This document shows, in pieces, positions 38,603 through 49,672 of a stretch of DNA of 64,000 nt (position 1 is its first letter; each line of letters opens with the position of its first letter). Under the pieces are notes generated by a model, which was not told where the DNA came from, ran no database searches, and worked only from the letters and a program-made list of their open reading frames with translations. Origin of the DNA: Spirochaetia bacterium (lineage in GTDB: Bacteria > Spirochaetota > Spirochaetia > DSM-2461); assembly GCA_963668315.1 (NCBI GenBank), contig OY764216.1:1472001-1536000 (forward strand), in the 5' to 3' direction. A program made the position numbers and the translations under genes.

Positions 38603-39589
38603 TTATTCCTTACTCCCACCGGTGTAGAGAAGACATCGGCAGAGATGGTTCTCTCCGACGGACGTCAATTCCGGTTTATTCGTTTTGCAGATGTCCATGG
38701 CCTCCCGGCAGCGGTTGGCAAAGGGGCACCCCTCTATCTCTTCCATGAGATTGGGAACCCGTCCGGGGATGGCTTCTATTTTTTTATCCGTATGGCCCAG
38801 AACGGGTATGGAGTTGAGAAGAGCCCTGGTATAGGGATGGCGCGGATTCCGGTAAATCTCCCTGACCGGGGCGTTTTCCACGATTTCTCCGGCGTACATG
38901 ACCACAACCCGGTCCACCGATTCGGCCACCACCGCCAGGTCGTGGGTAATCAGGATAATCGCCATGCCCAGCTTTTTCTGTAGTTCCTTCATCAGCTCCA
39001 GTATCTGAGCCTGGATGGTCACGTCCAGCGCCGTGGTAGGCTCGTCGGCGATGAGCAGGCTGGGATTGCAGCTCAGGGCAATGGCTATCATCACCCTCTG
39101 CCTCATGCCTCCCGACAGCTCGTGGGGGTAGGCGTTCATCCGCTTTTCCGGTGCGGGGATGCCCACCAGGGTCAGAAGTTCCAGAATGCGGTTCTCCTGT
39201 TCCTGACGGTTCATTTTAGTGTGGATTGCCAGGGCTTCGCGGATCTGGTCGCCGCAGGTCATGATAGGGTTCAGGGCCGTCATGGGCTCCTGGAAGATCA
39301 TGGCGATCTCCTTTCCCCGTATGGCGGAAATTTCCCTGTCGTTCATGGAAAGGAGGTTCTTTCCGCGGTAGAGAATCTCCCCGCCGTGAATCTTCCCGGG
39401 GGGCATTTCCACCAGTCCCATGATGGAGTAGGAACTGACCGATTTCCCGCAGCCCGATTCGCCCACTATGCCCAGGGTCTCCCCCTCATTCAGGCTGTAG
39501 GAGACGCCGTCCACCGCACGGACGATGCCCTCTTCCGTATGGAAATAGGTTTTAAGGTCTTTTACTTCCAGCAGTATATTGTTATCCAT
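38603..39589 (-). CDS. oppD: Oligopeptide/dipeptide ABC ATP-binding protein (OppD/DppD)
   Basis: [36 protein letters not shown]. Confidence 0.9.
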   Translation of the reverse strand: MDNNILLEVKDLKTYFHTEEGIVRAVDGVSYSLNEGETLGIVGESGCGKSVSSYSIMGLVEMPPGKIHGGEILYRGKNLLSMNDREISAIRGKEIAMIFQEPMTALNPIMTCGDQIREALAIHTKMNRQEQENRILELLTLVGIPAPEKRMNAYPHELSGGMRQRVMIAIALSCNPSLLIADEPTTALDVTIQAQILELMKELQKKLGMAIILITHDLAVVAESVDRVVVMYAGEIVENAPVREIYRNPRHPYTRALLNSIPVLGHTDKKIEAIPGRVPNLMEEIEGCPFANRCREAMDICKTNKPELTSVGENHLCRCLLYTGGSKE

Positions 39590-39597
39590 GCTCTCTC

Positions 39598-40488
39598 CTA
39601 AAGTACGTTTTTCAGCTTCGGGTCGAGAGCATCCCTGAGGGCGTCTCCGAAGATATTCAGGGCGACAAGGAAGAGGAACATGAAAAGTGTCGGGGCGATC
39701 ATATTCTGCCAGTTCCCCGCCATGATCTCCGTTTTGGAGAGGTCTATCATATTGCCCCAGGAGGGAACGCCGATGATGGAGAGCCCCACGTAGGCCAGGG
39801 TGACTTCCGACTTGATGACGCTGACAAAATTCAGGACGAACCGCACGATGACGAAGTGGGTGACGTTGGGGACGATATGGCGGAAGATGATCCGGGCGTC
39901 GCTGGCCCCCAGGTTTTTCGCTGCCAGAACGTATTCGTATTCCCGGGCCTGGATAAAGGCTCCGCGGATGACACGGCCCAGGCCCACCCAGCCGGTAACG
40001 CCGAAGGCGAAGGCGATGACCAGGAAGCTGGCCCCCATCACCTGAACCAGGCTCATGATAATGAGGAGTCCCGGAATAGAGTAGATCACCGTCATGACAT
40101 AGGTGATGATATCATCCACCCAGCCGCCGTAGTAGCCCGCCAGGGCTCCCAGGATAATGGCCAGGGGAATCATAATCAGTCCTGTGGAAAATCCGAGAAA
40201 CAGGGCGATGCGGGTCCCGATTATCGTCCTTGAGAGAACATCCCGTCCGAAACTGTCCGTTCCGAAGGGGTGGGTGAAGCTGACGAAGGGCTTGATGAAG
40301 CGGTTGTCCAGATTAAAGGTCACGGCCTTATCCTGCAATCCGCCTATGTTGGTAAAGCTGACCAGGGCGAGGAAGATGTAAATGATAACCACGGCGAAGC
40401 ATACCATGGCCCCTTTGTTGCGTTTCAGCCGCATCATGGAGAGCTGCAGGGGAGTCTTGCCCACGTATTTTTTTTTGATATCCGACAT
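39598..40488 (-). CDS. oppC: Peptide ABC permease (OppC/DppC)
   Basis: Start MSDIKKKY at 40488 after AGGAG; HPFGTDSFGRD, EYVLAAKNLGAS, GDALRDALDP. Confidence 0.88.
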   Translation of the reverse strand: MSDIKKKYVGKTPLQLSMMRLKRNKGAMVCFAVVIIYIFLALVSFTNIGGLQDKAVTFNLDNRFIKPFVSFTHPFGTDSFGRDVLSRTIIGTRIALFLGFSTGLIMIPLAIILGALAGYYGGWVDDIITYVMTVIYSIPGLLIIMSLVQVMGASFLVIAFAFGVTGWVGLGRVIRGAFIQAREYEYVLAAKNLGASDARIIFRHIVPNVTHFVIVRFVLNFVSVIKSEVTLAYVGLSIIGVPSWGNMIDLSKTEIMAGNWQNMIAPTLFMFLFLVALNIFGDALRDALDPKLKNVL

Positions 40489-40496
40489 AAAGACTC

Positions 40497-41438
40497 CTAA
40501 CTCAGCCGGACCCGGGGGTCGACGACGGCGTACAGTATATCCGTTATGAGGGAGAAGATCACGAAGAACAGGGTGTAGATCATAATCATCGCCTTGAGAA
40601 CGGGCAGATCGTAACTGGTTATGGCCTGGATGGTCAGGTCTCCTATGCCGGGAATACTGAAAAAACGCTCCAGAAGGAGGGAACCGGTCAGAAGGAAGGG
40701 TATCTGAATGACCACGGCGGTCAGGATGGGGATCAGGGCGTTGCGCAGGACATGGTTGAACATGATCTGCCGGTTGTTGACCCCCTTGGCCCGGGCCGTT
40801 CGCACGTAATCCTTGTGGACCTCTTCCAGAAGGGCGGTACGGAAAAAACGGATGTCGTACCCTACCGAAACGGTGACCCAGAGGATCCAGGGAAGGATCA
40901 GGTACTTGATGGCGCCGAACCCCTTCTGCCAGCCGGAAATGGGGAAAAGGCCCCACCGGTAGGCCAGAAGATTCTGTCCCAGGATGATGAGAACCAGCAT
41001 GGAGACCGACATGCCGATAACCGAGAAGACCGTAAAGAATCTATCGATAAACCGCCCCCGGTAATAGGCGCAGAGGCAGGAGATGATCAGTGATATGGCT
41101 ATTTCGAAAAAGAAGGCGGGAAAGGTAAGGGCCGCCGAATTGGGAACATGGCGCTTGATGAGCCGGGAGACGGGCAGTTTCCGCGATTCGGAACGGCCGA
41201 AGTCCAGGGTCACCATCTGCTTGACCATGTCGGTGTACTGGAAAAACAGAGGTTTGTCCAGGCCGTACTTGTGGCGGTAGAACTCTATCTGCTCGGCGGT
41301 CCGGGCTTTTTTGGGAAGCATGTTGTAGAGGAACTTCTCGTTACCTCCGACGACATTGAAAATGAGAAAAAAGATGAGAGCCACTCCCAGAAGGGTGGGG
41401 ACAAGGTACAGCATCCTTCGGATAATATAATTTAACAC
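40497..41438 (-). CDS. oppB: Peptide ABC permease (OppB/DppB)
   Basis: GTG start; GLDKPL, DYVRTARAKG, HVLRNALIP, DPRVR. Confidence 0.9.
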   Translation of the reverse strand: MLNYIIRRMLYLVPTLLGVALIFFLIFNVVGGNEKFLYNMLPKKARTAEQIEFYRHKYGLDKPLFFQYTDMVKQMVTLDFGRSESRKLPVSRLIKRHVPNSAALTFPAFFFEIAISLIISCLCAYYRGRFIDRFFTVFSVIGMSVSMLVLIILGQNLLAYRWGLFPISGWQKGFGAIKYLILPWILWVTVSVGYDIRFFRTALLEEVHKDYVRTARAKGVNNRQIMFNHVLRNALIPILTAVVIQIPFLLTGSLLLERFFSIPGIGDLTIQAITSYDLPVLKAMIMIYTLFFVIFSLITDILYAVVDPRVRLS

Positions 41439-41484
41439 AGCGTATACAGCTCCTGATAATTTTACATAAAGCTTTAGGGAAGGG

Positions 41485-41516
41485 GGGAAGAAAGCTCCGA
41501 GAGAAGCTTTCTTCCC
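41485..41516 (-). terminator. Intercistronic stem-loop after oppA
   Basis: GGGAAGAAAGCT-N8-AGCTTTCTTCCC, a 12-bp perfect stem. Confidence 0.7.
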
Positions 41517-41531
41517 GTAAAATCGATGTAA

Positions 41532-43313
41532 CTAGTTGCCGGCTTTCTCGTTCCTCTCGGCTACATCCACGTCAAGGTACTTGGAATATCCCGAGCCGAT
41601 ATCCCTGAAAACCCGGGTCTTCAGCCAGGGTTGTTCCAGGTAGTAGGACAGGCGGTGAACACCCATGATCCAGGCCACGTCCTCGGCGGAAAGCTGGGCG
41701 GCTTCTGAATAGATGGCGTCCCGCTCGGGGCTCTGCTGCATGTAGGCTCCCTGTTCGTAAAGGGCGTCGAAGGCGGAGTTCTTGTAATTCCCGTTGTTGG
41801 GACCGGGGGCTTCGTTGGGGCCGTAGTTCAGCTGGAGGAAGTTCTGGGCATCGGGATAATCGGCACCCCAGGCAAGCCCCCCCATCTCTATGTTATGGTT
41901 GTCGATGGCTTCTATAAAGGTGGGCCAGTCGCCGGGAACCGCTTCAACGGTGATGCCGATGGCGGCCATGTTCTCAATGAAGAATTCCACCATCTGCTTG
42001 TGGGTGGTGGAGGTATTGGAATACATCTGGTACTTGATGACCGGAAGGCCTTTTCCCCCGGGGAATCCCGCTTCGGCCAGAAGTTTTTTCGCCTTATCCA
42101 CATCATAGCGGGCGTAGGGGTTTTTGTAATCCGGATCGTAACCGCCCAGGCCCGGGGGAAGCAGAGTCTGCGCCGGGATGGCGCGGTTGTTGTAGAAGAT
42201 CTCTTCCACCTTGGGGTTGTTGTAGGCCAGGGACATGGCCTGACGCATCTTCGGGTTGTCCCGGAAAAGGGGCATGTCCATGTTAAAAAAGTGGTAGGTC
42301 ACGTCCAGGGTTCCGTTCACATCCATGGTTATGCCCTTGTCTATCATCTCCTGGGTCAGTTCCCCGTTGATCACGGTAGACTCATAGTTATCCTTGGGAA
42401 TTCCGGAATAATCCAGCTCCCCGTTCAGGAATTTCAGCCAGAGCACACTGTCTTCCTCAATCACATACCAGACAACCTTGTCACAGAAGGGAAGGGCTTT
42501 TCCCTCATACGCGGAAAGGACATCCGCGCCCAGTTTGGCTTTCACCAGGGGGCCCGCTTCGCTGGCGGCGGGAAAGGTCTTTCCGTGCCAGGAGGGGTTG
42601 GCCCGGAGCACATGCTGAGACCCGGGGATGGATTCCTCATAGTCGTAGTAGTAGGCACCCGTACCGATGGGATAGTTGGCGAACTCTTCCGTTCCGTAGT
42701 AGTCAATGGCTTCCTGCGCGACGGGGAAGGTATAGGACATGGCCAGGGTGTAGAGAATCTGGGGATAGGCGGCGGTCAGGGTCATCTGGATGGTGTAATC
42801 GTCAAGAGCCTTGAATCCTTCCACTGTCTGACTGTAGTCGGCGCCCGCGTCGGCCCATTCGTTCAAGCCCTTGATCCAGCCGTCGAAGAGCCACCAGCCG
42901 TTGGCTTCGTTATCCGGATCGGCCAGTCTTTTTACGGAGAGGACGAAGTCGTGTGCATTGACTGCCCGGCCCTTGCCCTTGGGAAATACTTCCTGAAGGG
43001 GATCGTAAAAATAGGCGTCCTTTCTCAGCTTTATGGTGTAGACCAGTCCGTCGGCGGATACTTCCGGCATGGATTCGGCGATAACCGGCTCCAGCTGGTA
43101 GGTATCGGCGGTATACTTATACTCATAGAGATTCTCCATGATATCCCCCAGCACCTGGTGGGTATAGAGGTCTCCGATCTGAGCCGGGTCGAAGGGGGTC
43201 AGCTTGGCCACTACATAGCGGTTCAGTGTCTTTTCTTCCGTCTCCGTGCCGCCGGCCGCATACAGTCCGAAGATCATGAACGCAGCGAGCAGAACAACAA
43301 GTACTCTTTTCAT
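41532..43313 (-). CDS. oppA: Peptide ABC substrate-binding protein (family 5)
   Basis: Signal MKRVLVVLL; FDPA, VSADGLVYTIKLR, PIGTG, WGADYPDA. Promoter TTGCTT-17-TACAAT at 43369-43397. Confidence 0.88.
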   Translation of the reverse strand: MKRVLVVLLAAFMIFGLYAAGGTETEEKTLNRYVVAKLTPFDPAQIGDLYTHQVLGDIMENLYEYKYTADTYQLEPVIAESMPEVSADGLVYTIKLRKDAYFYDPLQEVFPKGKGRAVNAHDFVLSVKRLADPDNEANGWWLFDGWIKGLNEWADAGADYSQTVEGFKALDDYTIQMTLTAAYPQILYTLAMSYTFPVAQEAIDYYGTEEFANYPIGTGAYYYDYEESIPGSQHVLRANPSWHGKTFPAASEAGPLVKAKLGADVLSAYEGKALPFCDKVVWYVIEEDSVLWLKFLNGELDYSGIPKDNYESTVINGELTQEMIDKGITMDVNGTLDVTYHFFNMDMPLFRDNPKMRQAMSLAYNNPKVEEIFYNNRAIPAQTLLPPGLGGYDPDYKNPYARYDVDKAKKLLAEAGFPGGKGLPVIKYQMYSNTSTTHKQMVEFFIENMAAIGITVEAVPGDWPTFIEAIDNHNIEMGGLAWGADYPDAQNFLQLNYGPNEAPGPNNGNYKNSAFDALYEQGAYMQQSPERDAIYSEAAQLSAEDVAWIMGVHRLSYYLEQPWLKTRVFRDIGSGYSKYLDVDVAERNEKAGN

Positions 43314-43416
43314 AACTCTCTCCTTTTCTGACGGAGAGATGATCTCCCGCCAGTTTTTCCATGAGTCAATTGTACTTGGAAAATCTGCATGAAGCAAGAT
43401 TCATTGTCGGAAAGAT

Positions 43417-45228
43417 TTACTCCGGTCTTACCGGCCTTGCCAGCAGGTACCCCTGATACTCCCGGCATCCCAGGGAGTTGAGGAGATCCCACTGCTCCTC
43501 CTGTTCCACTCCCTCGGCGACGGTTATATAGCCGTATTTGTGAAAATGGGTCATGAGAGACGCACAGAGATCACGTTTCTGCGGTTCTCTCAGGATACCC
43601 TGGATAAAGGATTTGTCGAATTTGATCTTCTTAATGGGCAGTTCAAGGATCTGGGTAATATTGGAGTAGCCCGTTCCGAAGTCGTCCAGTGCTATGACAT
43701 AACCCTTATCCCTGAGTTTCTCAATAAGATGAATGCTCTCCTGCCTATCCTTGAGAATGGTCGATTCGGTGACTTCAACGCCTAATCTGTCCGTCTCGAT
43801 ACTTCTGTCTTTAATGATCTGAGTCATCCTGTCAAAATCAAATCCCCCGTTGATCAACTCAGGGGAAAGATTGATGAAGACTCGGTTGTTTCCGAAGTAC
43901 CGGGGGAAGCTTTTCATATCGTCCAGGACTTTCTCAAACATTTTGAAGAAAAAATCGGCCATCAGACCCGACTGTTCCAGGAAGGGGATAAAAATGTCAG
44001 GCGAGATTCCTGTGCCGTCATGGCGCGTCCAGCGGGTAAGGGATTCGAAGGCGACAACCTCCCGTTTCTCATTATATATTGCCTGATAAACGGGGTAGCA
44101 GTTCCCCTCCAGGAAAGAAGTGCCCAGCTCATGGATCAGGTTCATATCCTTCTGAACCGCATACTCTTCCTCATCGGTGAAGAAAATCCGCCTTTTATTA
44201 TCCATGCTTGCTTTCTTCAGGCCTCTCAAGCCCCTATCCAGAAGGGCCTGAGGATTTTTACTGATCTTCTTTGATCTGGTCAGACAGGATCTCAGATAGA
44301 CCTGCACACTGAGTTCGCCTATGAGGACGGGGGTTTTTATCTGTTCCATTACCCGGTCAATTTCCATTTCCGACGGAGTCAGGGGATCTTTTTTAATGAC
44401 GGCCAGAGTACTTCCATTTATCTGATAGCACGTGTTCTGATGTTCCGTTTCGAGGAGCCGGGCCGTTTTTTTAATCAAGGCCGCCGTGGTCCACTCGCCC
44501 AGGCGGAGACGCAGATCGTTCAGGTTTTCGACACGGTAGAAAACCAGATCCATGTATTTTTCCAGACGGGAGATCTTTTTCACGGCCGTGATCATGCTTC
44601 TTCCGTTGGGAATGCCCGTATCTCTGTCATAATCCATCTGGAACATTATTTCCGATAGGCTGTCATAGAGAAGGGTGTGAATGAGAAACCCGATGATGAT
44701 TTCTATGAGCAGAATGATTACGGCGCCGATGGCATTAGATAGGTAGGGGGACGATATCTCCTTCATCGGCAGATAAATACGCAAGAATAGAAAAGCGAGC
44801 TCCACACCGAGAGCGATAATGCCCCCGAAGAGAATCTGCCCCCGTCTGTGAGTCAGCAGGGTCAGGTAGACGATTCCGGCCGATTGGATCAGGGTGACGA
44901 AATAAACCGTTTCTCGGGTCACCGGCTCCGCGTTGAAGGCAATCTGTACAAGGGGAGTAAGAAAAGAGATATAGGAGAGCCAGAGGGCTACGTCGTATCT
45001 TCCCCGAAAAAGGAGATATATGGCAAACAGGAGAAGGGGAATATAATGGGTAAGGGTGAAAACCCCCTGTTTATTGGGAAAAGAGAAGAGGAACGCCAAT
45101 ACAGTAAAACACAGCATGGCGCAGATTAGGGATAGCAGCACAAAATAGAATGCCTGGACTTTGCGGTTTATCAGAAGATCAGTTCCGGCATAGGTATTTT
45201 TCAGCAATTCCAGCGACATAAGTCTCAT
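43417..45228 (-). CDS. Membrane EAL phosphodiesterase with degenerate GGDEF domain
   Basis: About six TM; DRDTGIPN then no GGDEF motif; FESLTRW, INLSP, EVTES, DDFGTGYS, AEGVE, YQGY. Confidence 0.88.
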   Translation of the reverse strand: MRLMSLELLKNTYAGTDLLINRKVQAFYFVLLSLICAMLCFTVLAFLFSFPNKQGVFTLTHYIPLLLFAIYLLFRGRYDVALWLSYISFLTPLVQIAFNAEPVTRETVYFVTLIQSAGIVYLTLLTHRRGQILFGGIIALGVELAFLFLRIYLPMKEISSPYLSNAIGAVIILLIEIIIGFLIHTLLYDSLSEIMFQMDYDRDTGIPNGRSMITAVKKISRLEKYMDLVFYRVENLNDLRLRLGEWTTAALIKKTARLLETEHQNTCYQINGSTLAVIKKDPLTPSEMEIDRVMEQIKTPVLIGELSVQVYLRSCLTRSKKISKNPQALLDRGLRGLKKASMDNKRRIFFTDEEEYAVQKDMNLIHELGTSFLEGNCYPVYQAIYNEKREVVAFESLTRWTRHDGTGISPDIFIPFLEQSGLMADFFFKMFEKVLDDMKSFPRYFGNNRVFINLSPELINGGFDFDRMTQIIKDRSIETDRLGVEVTESTILKDRQESIHLIEKLRDKGYVIALDDFGTGYSNITQILELPIKKIKFDKSFIQGILREPQKRDLCASLMTHFHKYGYITVAEGVEQEEQWDLLNSLGCREYQGYLLARPVRPE

Positions 45229-45285
45229 GGGGATATTATAGGGGATTACGGGACGTATGGAAACTCCTTTTTTCTTTTGGAAAAA

Positions 45286-48129
45286 TTAATGAAAAAGAGC
45301 TACTTCCGGATGCTTCTCGTAAAGTGAAAGCCTTTCCCTGGTCTCCCGCGGAACGGGTTCCAGGACCCTTTCCCTCTCCTCTGCCCTCATCCCGGCGAGT
45401 GCGGCAGCCAGAACGCGCATCTGGGCATCCCGGAAGCCGGCGGCTTTAAGGCTGATTCCTTCCTTGTCTGCGGCCCGATAGTCTTCGTTCACGGCGGAGA
45501 ACATGATGTCCCTGAGGATTGTATTCCATAATTCCGTTGTTTCCGGCGATTCCTCCCGGGAGAGAATCTCCTTGATCCGCCGGCGGAATTCGGGCATGAT
45601 GCGGCAGTCCATTACGCTGTCGTCAAAGGAACGGCCGTAGATCTTTTCCGCCTCGTACCGGCCTCTGTCCCAGAGGTTTCTCAGCCATTCGAAATAGGAG
45701 GCCGTCACACCGGCCGAATTGGCCAGAAAATCATAAACAACGAGTACCCCGTTCTTTTGGAGTATCTCCTCCGCCTTGGAACTGTTCGACCCGTTACTGC
45801 CGCAGATCTCGATTCTGGCCCTGATTTTCGGGGCGTTTTCTTCGGTCACCGCGTTTTCCAGAGCGGCGGGGAAGAGCAGGTCGCACTCCCTTTCCAGTAT
45901 GGAGGAGCCCTCGGCCGATCCGTAGATTACTTCGGCCGCACCGGCGTAATTGACGACAGACGCCCTGAGTTCTCTCTCTTCCCTGTTCCTGGAGTCTTCC
46001 ACGGCCCTGAGCAGGGCTTCCCCGTCAAGGTCCTCCCCGATCACGGCGCCTCCCGCATCGGAAACGGCAATCAGATTCACCCCGTAGCGGGTCATTTCCC
46101 TTATGACGGAACTGCCCACTTTTCCCGATCCCTGGACGATCATCCTTTTCCCGCGAAGGAGTCTGGGGTAGATCTCATCTCTGAGGCGCACCCATTTCTC
46201 ATCGTCCAGAACCTTCCCCTCGGGGCTTTTCAGAAGGGAGGCGGAGGTCATGGCGGCTGTTTCCCTCAGGAGGGCTGTCTCTTCCTCATTCAGCTCTTCC
46301 GCCGCTTCCCACTTCCCCGAGAGGTACAGATTGGTAACGGCGGCCAGGGCGGCGTAACTGAGGCCCCGGCCCGTGGCACCCGTTCGGGCTTCAATGCCCA
46401 TGCGGGGCTTTCCCGTTATCTGGGCGGCTACGACCAGCTCCAGGTAATCCTGATTGCTTCCCAGCTCCTTGAGGATCTTCTTGTCGTTATAATCGATATC
46501 GAAGGCATCCCTGAGTATCATCCGGGCTTCCTCCAGCGAGATTATCTGGTCCCCGATCATCGTTACGTTGTGGCGTATCCCATAAACCATCAGGGCCAGA
46601 TCGCGCAGGGCCGACTTGAACCCTTCGAACATGCGCCCTATTTCCTGGGCTCCGCATCCCACGTCTCCGGCGGGCACATCCCGGGATGGGCCGGTAACCA
46701 GAAAGAGGGAGCGGCCGAAATTGCTCAGGGCGTCAAAGAAGTCCATGCTCCTCGGGTCGTACTCCCTCGGATTGAGCATCAGACCCCCCTTGGCGCCTCC
46801 GAAAAGAATCCGGCTGCGGGCGCTTTTCCAGGTCATCATGAAGGAGAGGGCGGCCACTTCGCAGAAACTGACGATGTCGTCAATGCGGAGTCCTCCTTTG
46901 GACGCGCCCCTCAGGGTGCTGTGCTTGATGCGGTAGCCGGGGCGGTTTGTTATCCTGCCGTCGTGGGGACAGGGTACGTAGAACTCGTCGAACTTTTCAA
47001 ATCCCAGGAGTATTCCCAGCAGTTCGGGGCTTCTGTCCAGACCGGTCATTTCGGCGGCGGCCATAAAGTCGGAGACGCTGTTCAGATAAAAATTGCCCAG
47101 CTCCTCCCCGGGTTCCCGGTTCTTCCGGCAGAGCACCTTGAGCTCGTTCAGGGCGAGAATCAGTTTATCCCGGCTGGATGGGGAGGAGATCCGGCGGATG
47201 ATATTCTCCAGCCGGCTGTCCAGAGATGTCACCCGGCTTTCATCATCTCCCCAGGTGGATTCCAGACTCTTTTTCAGTTCCCTCTCGTATTCCCTGTAGT
47301 CTCTGTCCTGTTCCTTTATGTAAAAGGAGAATATTCCCACCCGGCACTGCTCCCCTTCGAAAAGGTCGTAGTAGCAGCGCTCCAGATTAATCCGCTGACG
47401 CCGGAAATAGTCCAGGGCCCGGGGAATGAAATCTTCCGTGGGATTGTAGACCCCTACGGAGAGGCGGAGGATATGGTCAACGACATCACTCTCCATGGAA
47501 AGTTTTCTTGATTTAACGGTTTTTTCGAAAAGATTCAGATGGCGGAATATGCGGGTGGGGTAGGTCTGAACGGAGAGCTCTTCCTTCAGATAGCGGTTCC
47601 CCAGAGTCTTCAGAAAGTCCTCCGTATGGGAAAGTCTGTTCTCCCCGGCATAGCTCCGTATGCGTTCCTTCAGTATCTGCGCCCCCTCCCGTTCCTCCGG
47701 GGAGAGTTTAGCAATGTGCTCTCCCCGTTTCTCTATGGTCACGATGCGGAGGCCGCTGGCCGTGCCTTCAAAATCGATGGTAACGATATCCATGGCGCGA
47801 TTCTGCTCCACTATATGGGCAAGACGTCCCGGATAGTCCCGGCCCACATTAATAAAGTAGGTCCGCGAGATATTATCCTTGCCGCTGTGGAAGAGAATGT
47901 CGCTGTTGGCGTTGAGAAAGTGGGTCAGCATGTAGATATGGTGGGCTATGATGAGGGGGGTGTTGCTGTAGAAATACCACCTGGGCAGATATCCCTCGGA
48001 GAAGTACTCTTCAAGAATCTTCTCCTTTGTGTTGATGTCCACACGGAAACGGTCTTCCAGAATTTTTCCCGTTTCCCGATATATTTCCTTCAGGTAATCT
48101 TCCCTATGGCCCATGTTGAATTCAGACAT
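45286..48129 (-). CDS. Glu/Leu/Phe/Val dehydrogenase with a large N-terminal extension (~947 aa)
   Basis: GASKGGLR, MMTWKSA, GGAKGG, DVPAGDVG, ITGKP, ATGRG, VQGSGKVG, DFLANSAGVTASYFEW. Confidence 0.82.
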   Translation of the reverse strand: MSEFNMGHREDYLKEIYRETGKILEDRFRVDINTKEKILEEYFSEGYLPRWYFYSNTPLIIAHHIYMLTHFLNANSDILFHSGKDNISRTYFINVGRDYPGRLAHIVEQNRAMDIVTIDFEGTASGLRIVTIEKRGEHIAKLSPEEREGAQILKERIRSYAGENRLSHTEDFLKTLGNRYLKEELSVQTYPTRIFRHLNLFEKTVKSRKLSMESDVVDHILRLSVGVYNPTEDFIPRALDYFRRQRINLERCYYDLFEGEQCRVGIFSFYIKEQDRDYREYERELKKSLESTWGDDESRVTSLDSRLENIIRRISSPSSRDKLILALNELKVLCRKNREPGEELGNFYLNSVSDFMAAAEMTGLDRSPELLGILLGFEKFDEFYVPCPHDGRITNRPGYRIKHSTLRGASKGGLRIDDIVSFCEVAALSFMMTWKSARSRILFGGAKGGLMLNPREYDPRSMDFFDALSNFGRSLFLVTGPSRDVPAGDVGCGAQEIGRMFEGFKSALRDLALMVYGIRHNVTMIGDQIISLEEARMILRDAFDIDYNDKKILKELGSNQDYLELVVAAQITGKPRMGIEARTGATGRGLSYAALAAVTNLYLSGKWEAAEELNEEETALLRETAAMTSASLLKSPEGKVLDDEKWVRLRDEIYPRLLRGKRMIVQGSGKVGSSVIREMTRYGVNLIAVSDAGGAVIGEDLDGEALLRAVEDSRNREERELRASVVNYAGAAEVIYGSAEGSSILERECDLLFPAALENAVTEENAPKIRARIEICGSNGSNSSKAEEILQKNGVLVVYDFLANSAGVTASYFEWLRNLWDRGRYEAEKIYGRSFDDSVMDCRIMPEFRRRIKEILSREESPETTELWNTILRDIMFSAVNEDYRAADKEGISLKAAGFRDAQMRVLAAALAGMRAEERERVLEPVPRETRERLSLYEKHPEVALFH

Positions 48130-48277
48130 TTTCAACCTCCCTCAGATATATCGGTCCGGAACCGTCAATACAGAAACAACCGTCTCTTCTTTGTATTATT
48201 GCACATTAAGGGTATATTGCAAGGAAATATTACGAAAAACGGAATTATGCGCCGCTATGTTTGAGGAAAACCCCGAT

Positions 48278-49672
48278 TTAGAGTTTCCTCAGACAGTTTC
48301 GTCCTTCCTCTTTCGCTTTGTAGAGGGCCTTATCCGCCAGATCCAGGAGACTTTCCATGCAGTCCGAGGCGTTGGGGTAGAGGGTGGCCTGTCCGATGCT
48401 CAGGGTCACGTAGGGTGCCACCGGCGATGAGGGGTGGGGGAGCCTGGTTTTATTCATGATTTCGAGGATGATTTCCCCGACAGCCCGGGCCTGATTTTCG
48501 TCACTGCCGGGAAGAAGCACGCCGAACTCCTCTCCTCCCATCCTGGTGAGAATATCCGTATGCCTGTTGATGGAGCTCTGGAGAAGCTGGCTCACCTTTC
48601 TCAGGCAGCAGTCCCCCTCCGGGTGTCCCAGGGTATCGTTGAACTGTTTGAATTTATCAATATCCAGCATGAGAAAGCTTATGGGTTTTCTTTCCCTGAC
48701 GCACATCCACCAGCTGAAATCCAGTTTCTGGTTGAACATTCTCCTGTTTCCCAGGCCGGTAAGCTCGTCAATCATGGTCAGAGCTTCCAGTTCGCTGTTC
48801 TGCCTTTTCAGCTTGCCGGACATGTCGTTGATAGTTATGGCCAGGGAGTTCAGCTCTTTGATTTTGTACGGGGGAAGACGGAAGTCATAATCCCCGTTGC
48901 TGATGTTGGAAAGGGCGCTCTCCATCTTGCGGAATGTGGCCGTAACATTTCTTATGAAAAGGAAGCTTATGAAGAACAGAAGCAGAAGGGCGAAGATAAT
49001 ATACAGGGCGGCGCGGCTTGTAATACCCGCCCGAAAATCCTTTGTCAGCTCATAGGCCTGGGAGACGCTGGTCACCCCGATCAGTTCATCCCTGACGTAA
49101 AGGGGGAGGGCCTGGTAGATCATCTTCTCTCCGGTTTTCTCGTCTTTGCGCACGGACAGGCCTCTGCCTTCCTGCACGGCTTCAATGAATTCCGACGTGA
49201 CATGCCTTTCCTTATCAATCTGGTTAAAGGATAAACCGCTGTCAAAATTAACGTACGCCAGGGGCGAGAAGACGGTGAACCGGGTATCCGTCAGATCGCA
49301 GGCGATTCGGATCCTCTCCTCCATGACTTTGAGAACGTCGAATCTCCCGTAATAGGAGGGAGCCTGATAGTCATAGTGAAAAAAACTGTCATAGGGACCG
49401 GAAGAGTTCGGGGCGTCTTTTTCATCGGGTTGCGTCGGATGGGGAAGGGGGAAATCGGATGATGGCTCATCCCTGCCAAAAGCTTCCATAAGGGTCAGCT
49501 GGAGAATGATATTTCTCTTCTCCATCTCCTTGCCGATCTGCCTGAGGGTCTCCTGCCTTATGGTGATCAGCATCGTCAGTGCGGTGATGAGAAAAAAGAG
49601 CACAAGAAAGGAGATCTGGCTTATCTGCAGAATCCAGAAGAGCTTGATCGTTTTTGTATTACTTCCCGGCAT
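48278..49672 (-). CDS. Membrane diguanylate cyclase (periplasmic domain, HAMP, GGEEF)
   Basis: DELTGLGNRR, DIDKFKQFND, I-site RHTD, RMGGEEF. Confidence 0.92.
   Translation of the reverse strand: MPGSNTKTIKLFWILQISQISFLVLFFLITALTMLITIRQETLRQIGKEMEKRNIILQLTLMEAFGRDEPSSDFPLPHPTQPDEKDAPNSSGPYDSFFHYDYQAPSYYGRFDVLKVMEERIRIACDLTDTRFTVFSPLAYVNFDSGLSFNQIDKERHVTSEFIEAVQEGRGLSVRKDEKTGEKMIYQALPLYVRDELIGVTSVSQAYELTKDFRAGITSRAALYIIFALLLLFFISFLFIRNVTATFRKMESALSNISNGDYDFRLPPYKIKELNSLAITINDMSGKLKRQNSELEALTMIDELTGLGNRRMFNQKLDFSWWMCVRERKPISFLMLDIDKFKQFNDTLGHPEGDCCLRKVSQLLQSSINRHTDILTRMGGEEFGVLLPGSDENQARAVGEIILEIMNKTRLPHPSSPVAPYVTLSIGQATLYPNASDCMESLLDLADKALYKAKEEGRNCLRKL

Noticed and set aside
41895..43331. 478-aa plus-strand ORF opposite oppA
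   Set aside because: Antisense shadow caused by GC-rich codon bias.
45757..47511. 584-aa ORF antisense to the glutamate dehydrogenase
   Set aside because: Antisense shadow; no SD or domain signature seen.
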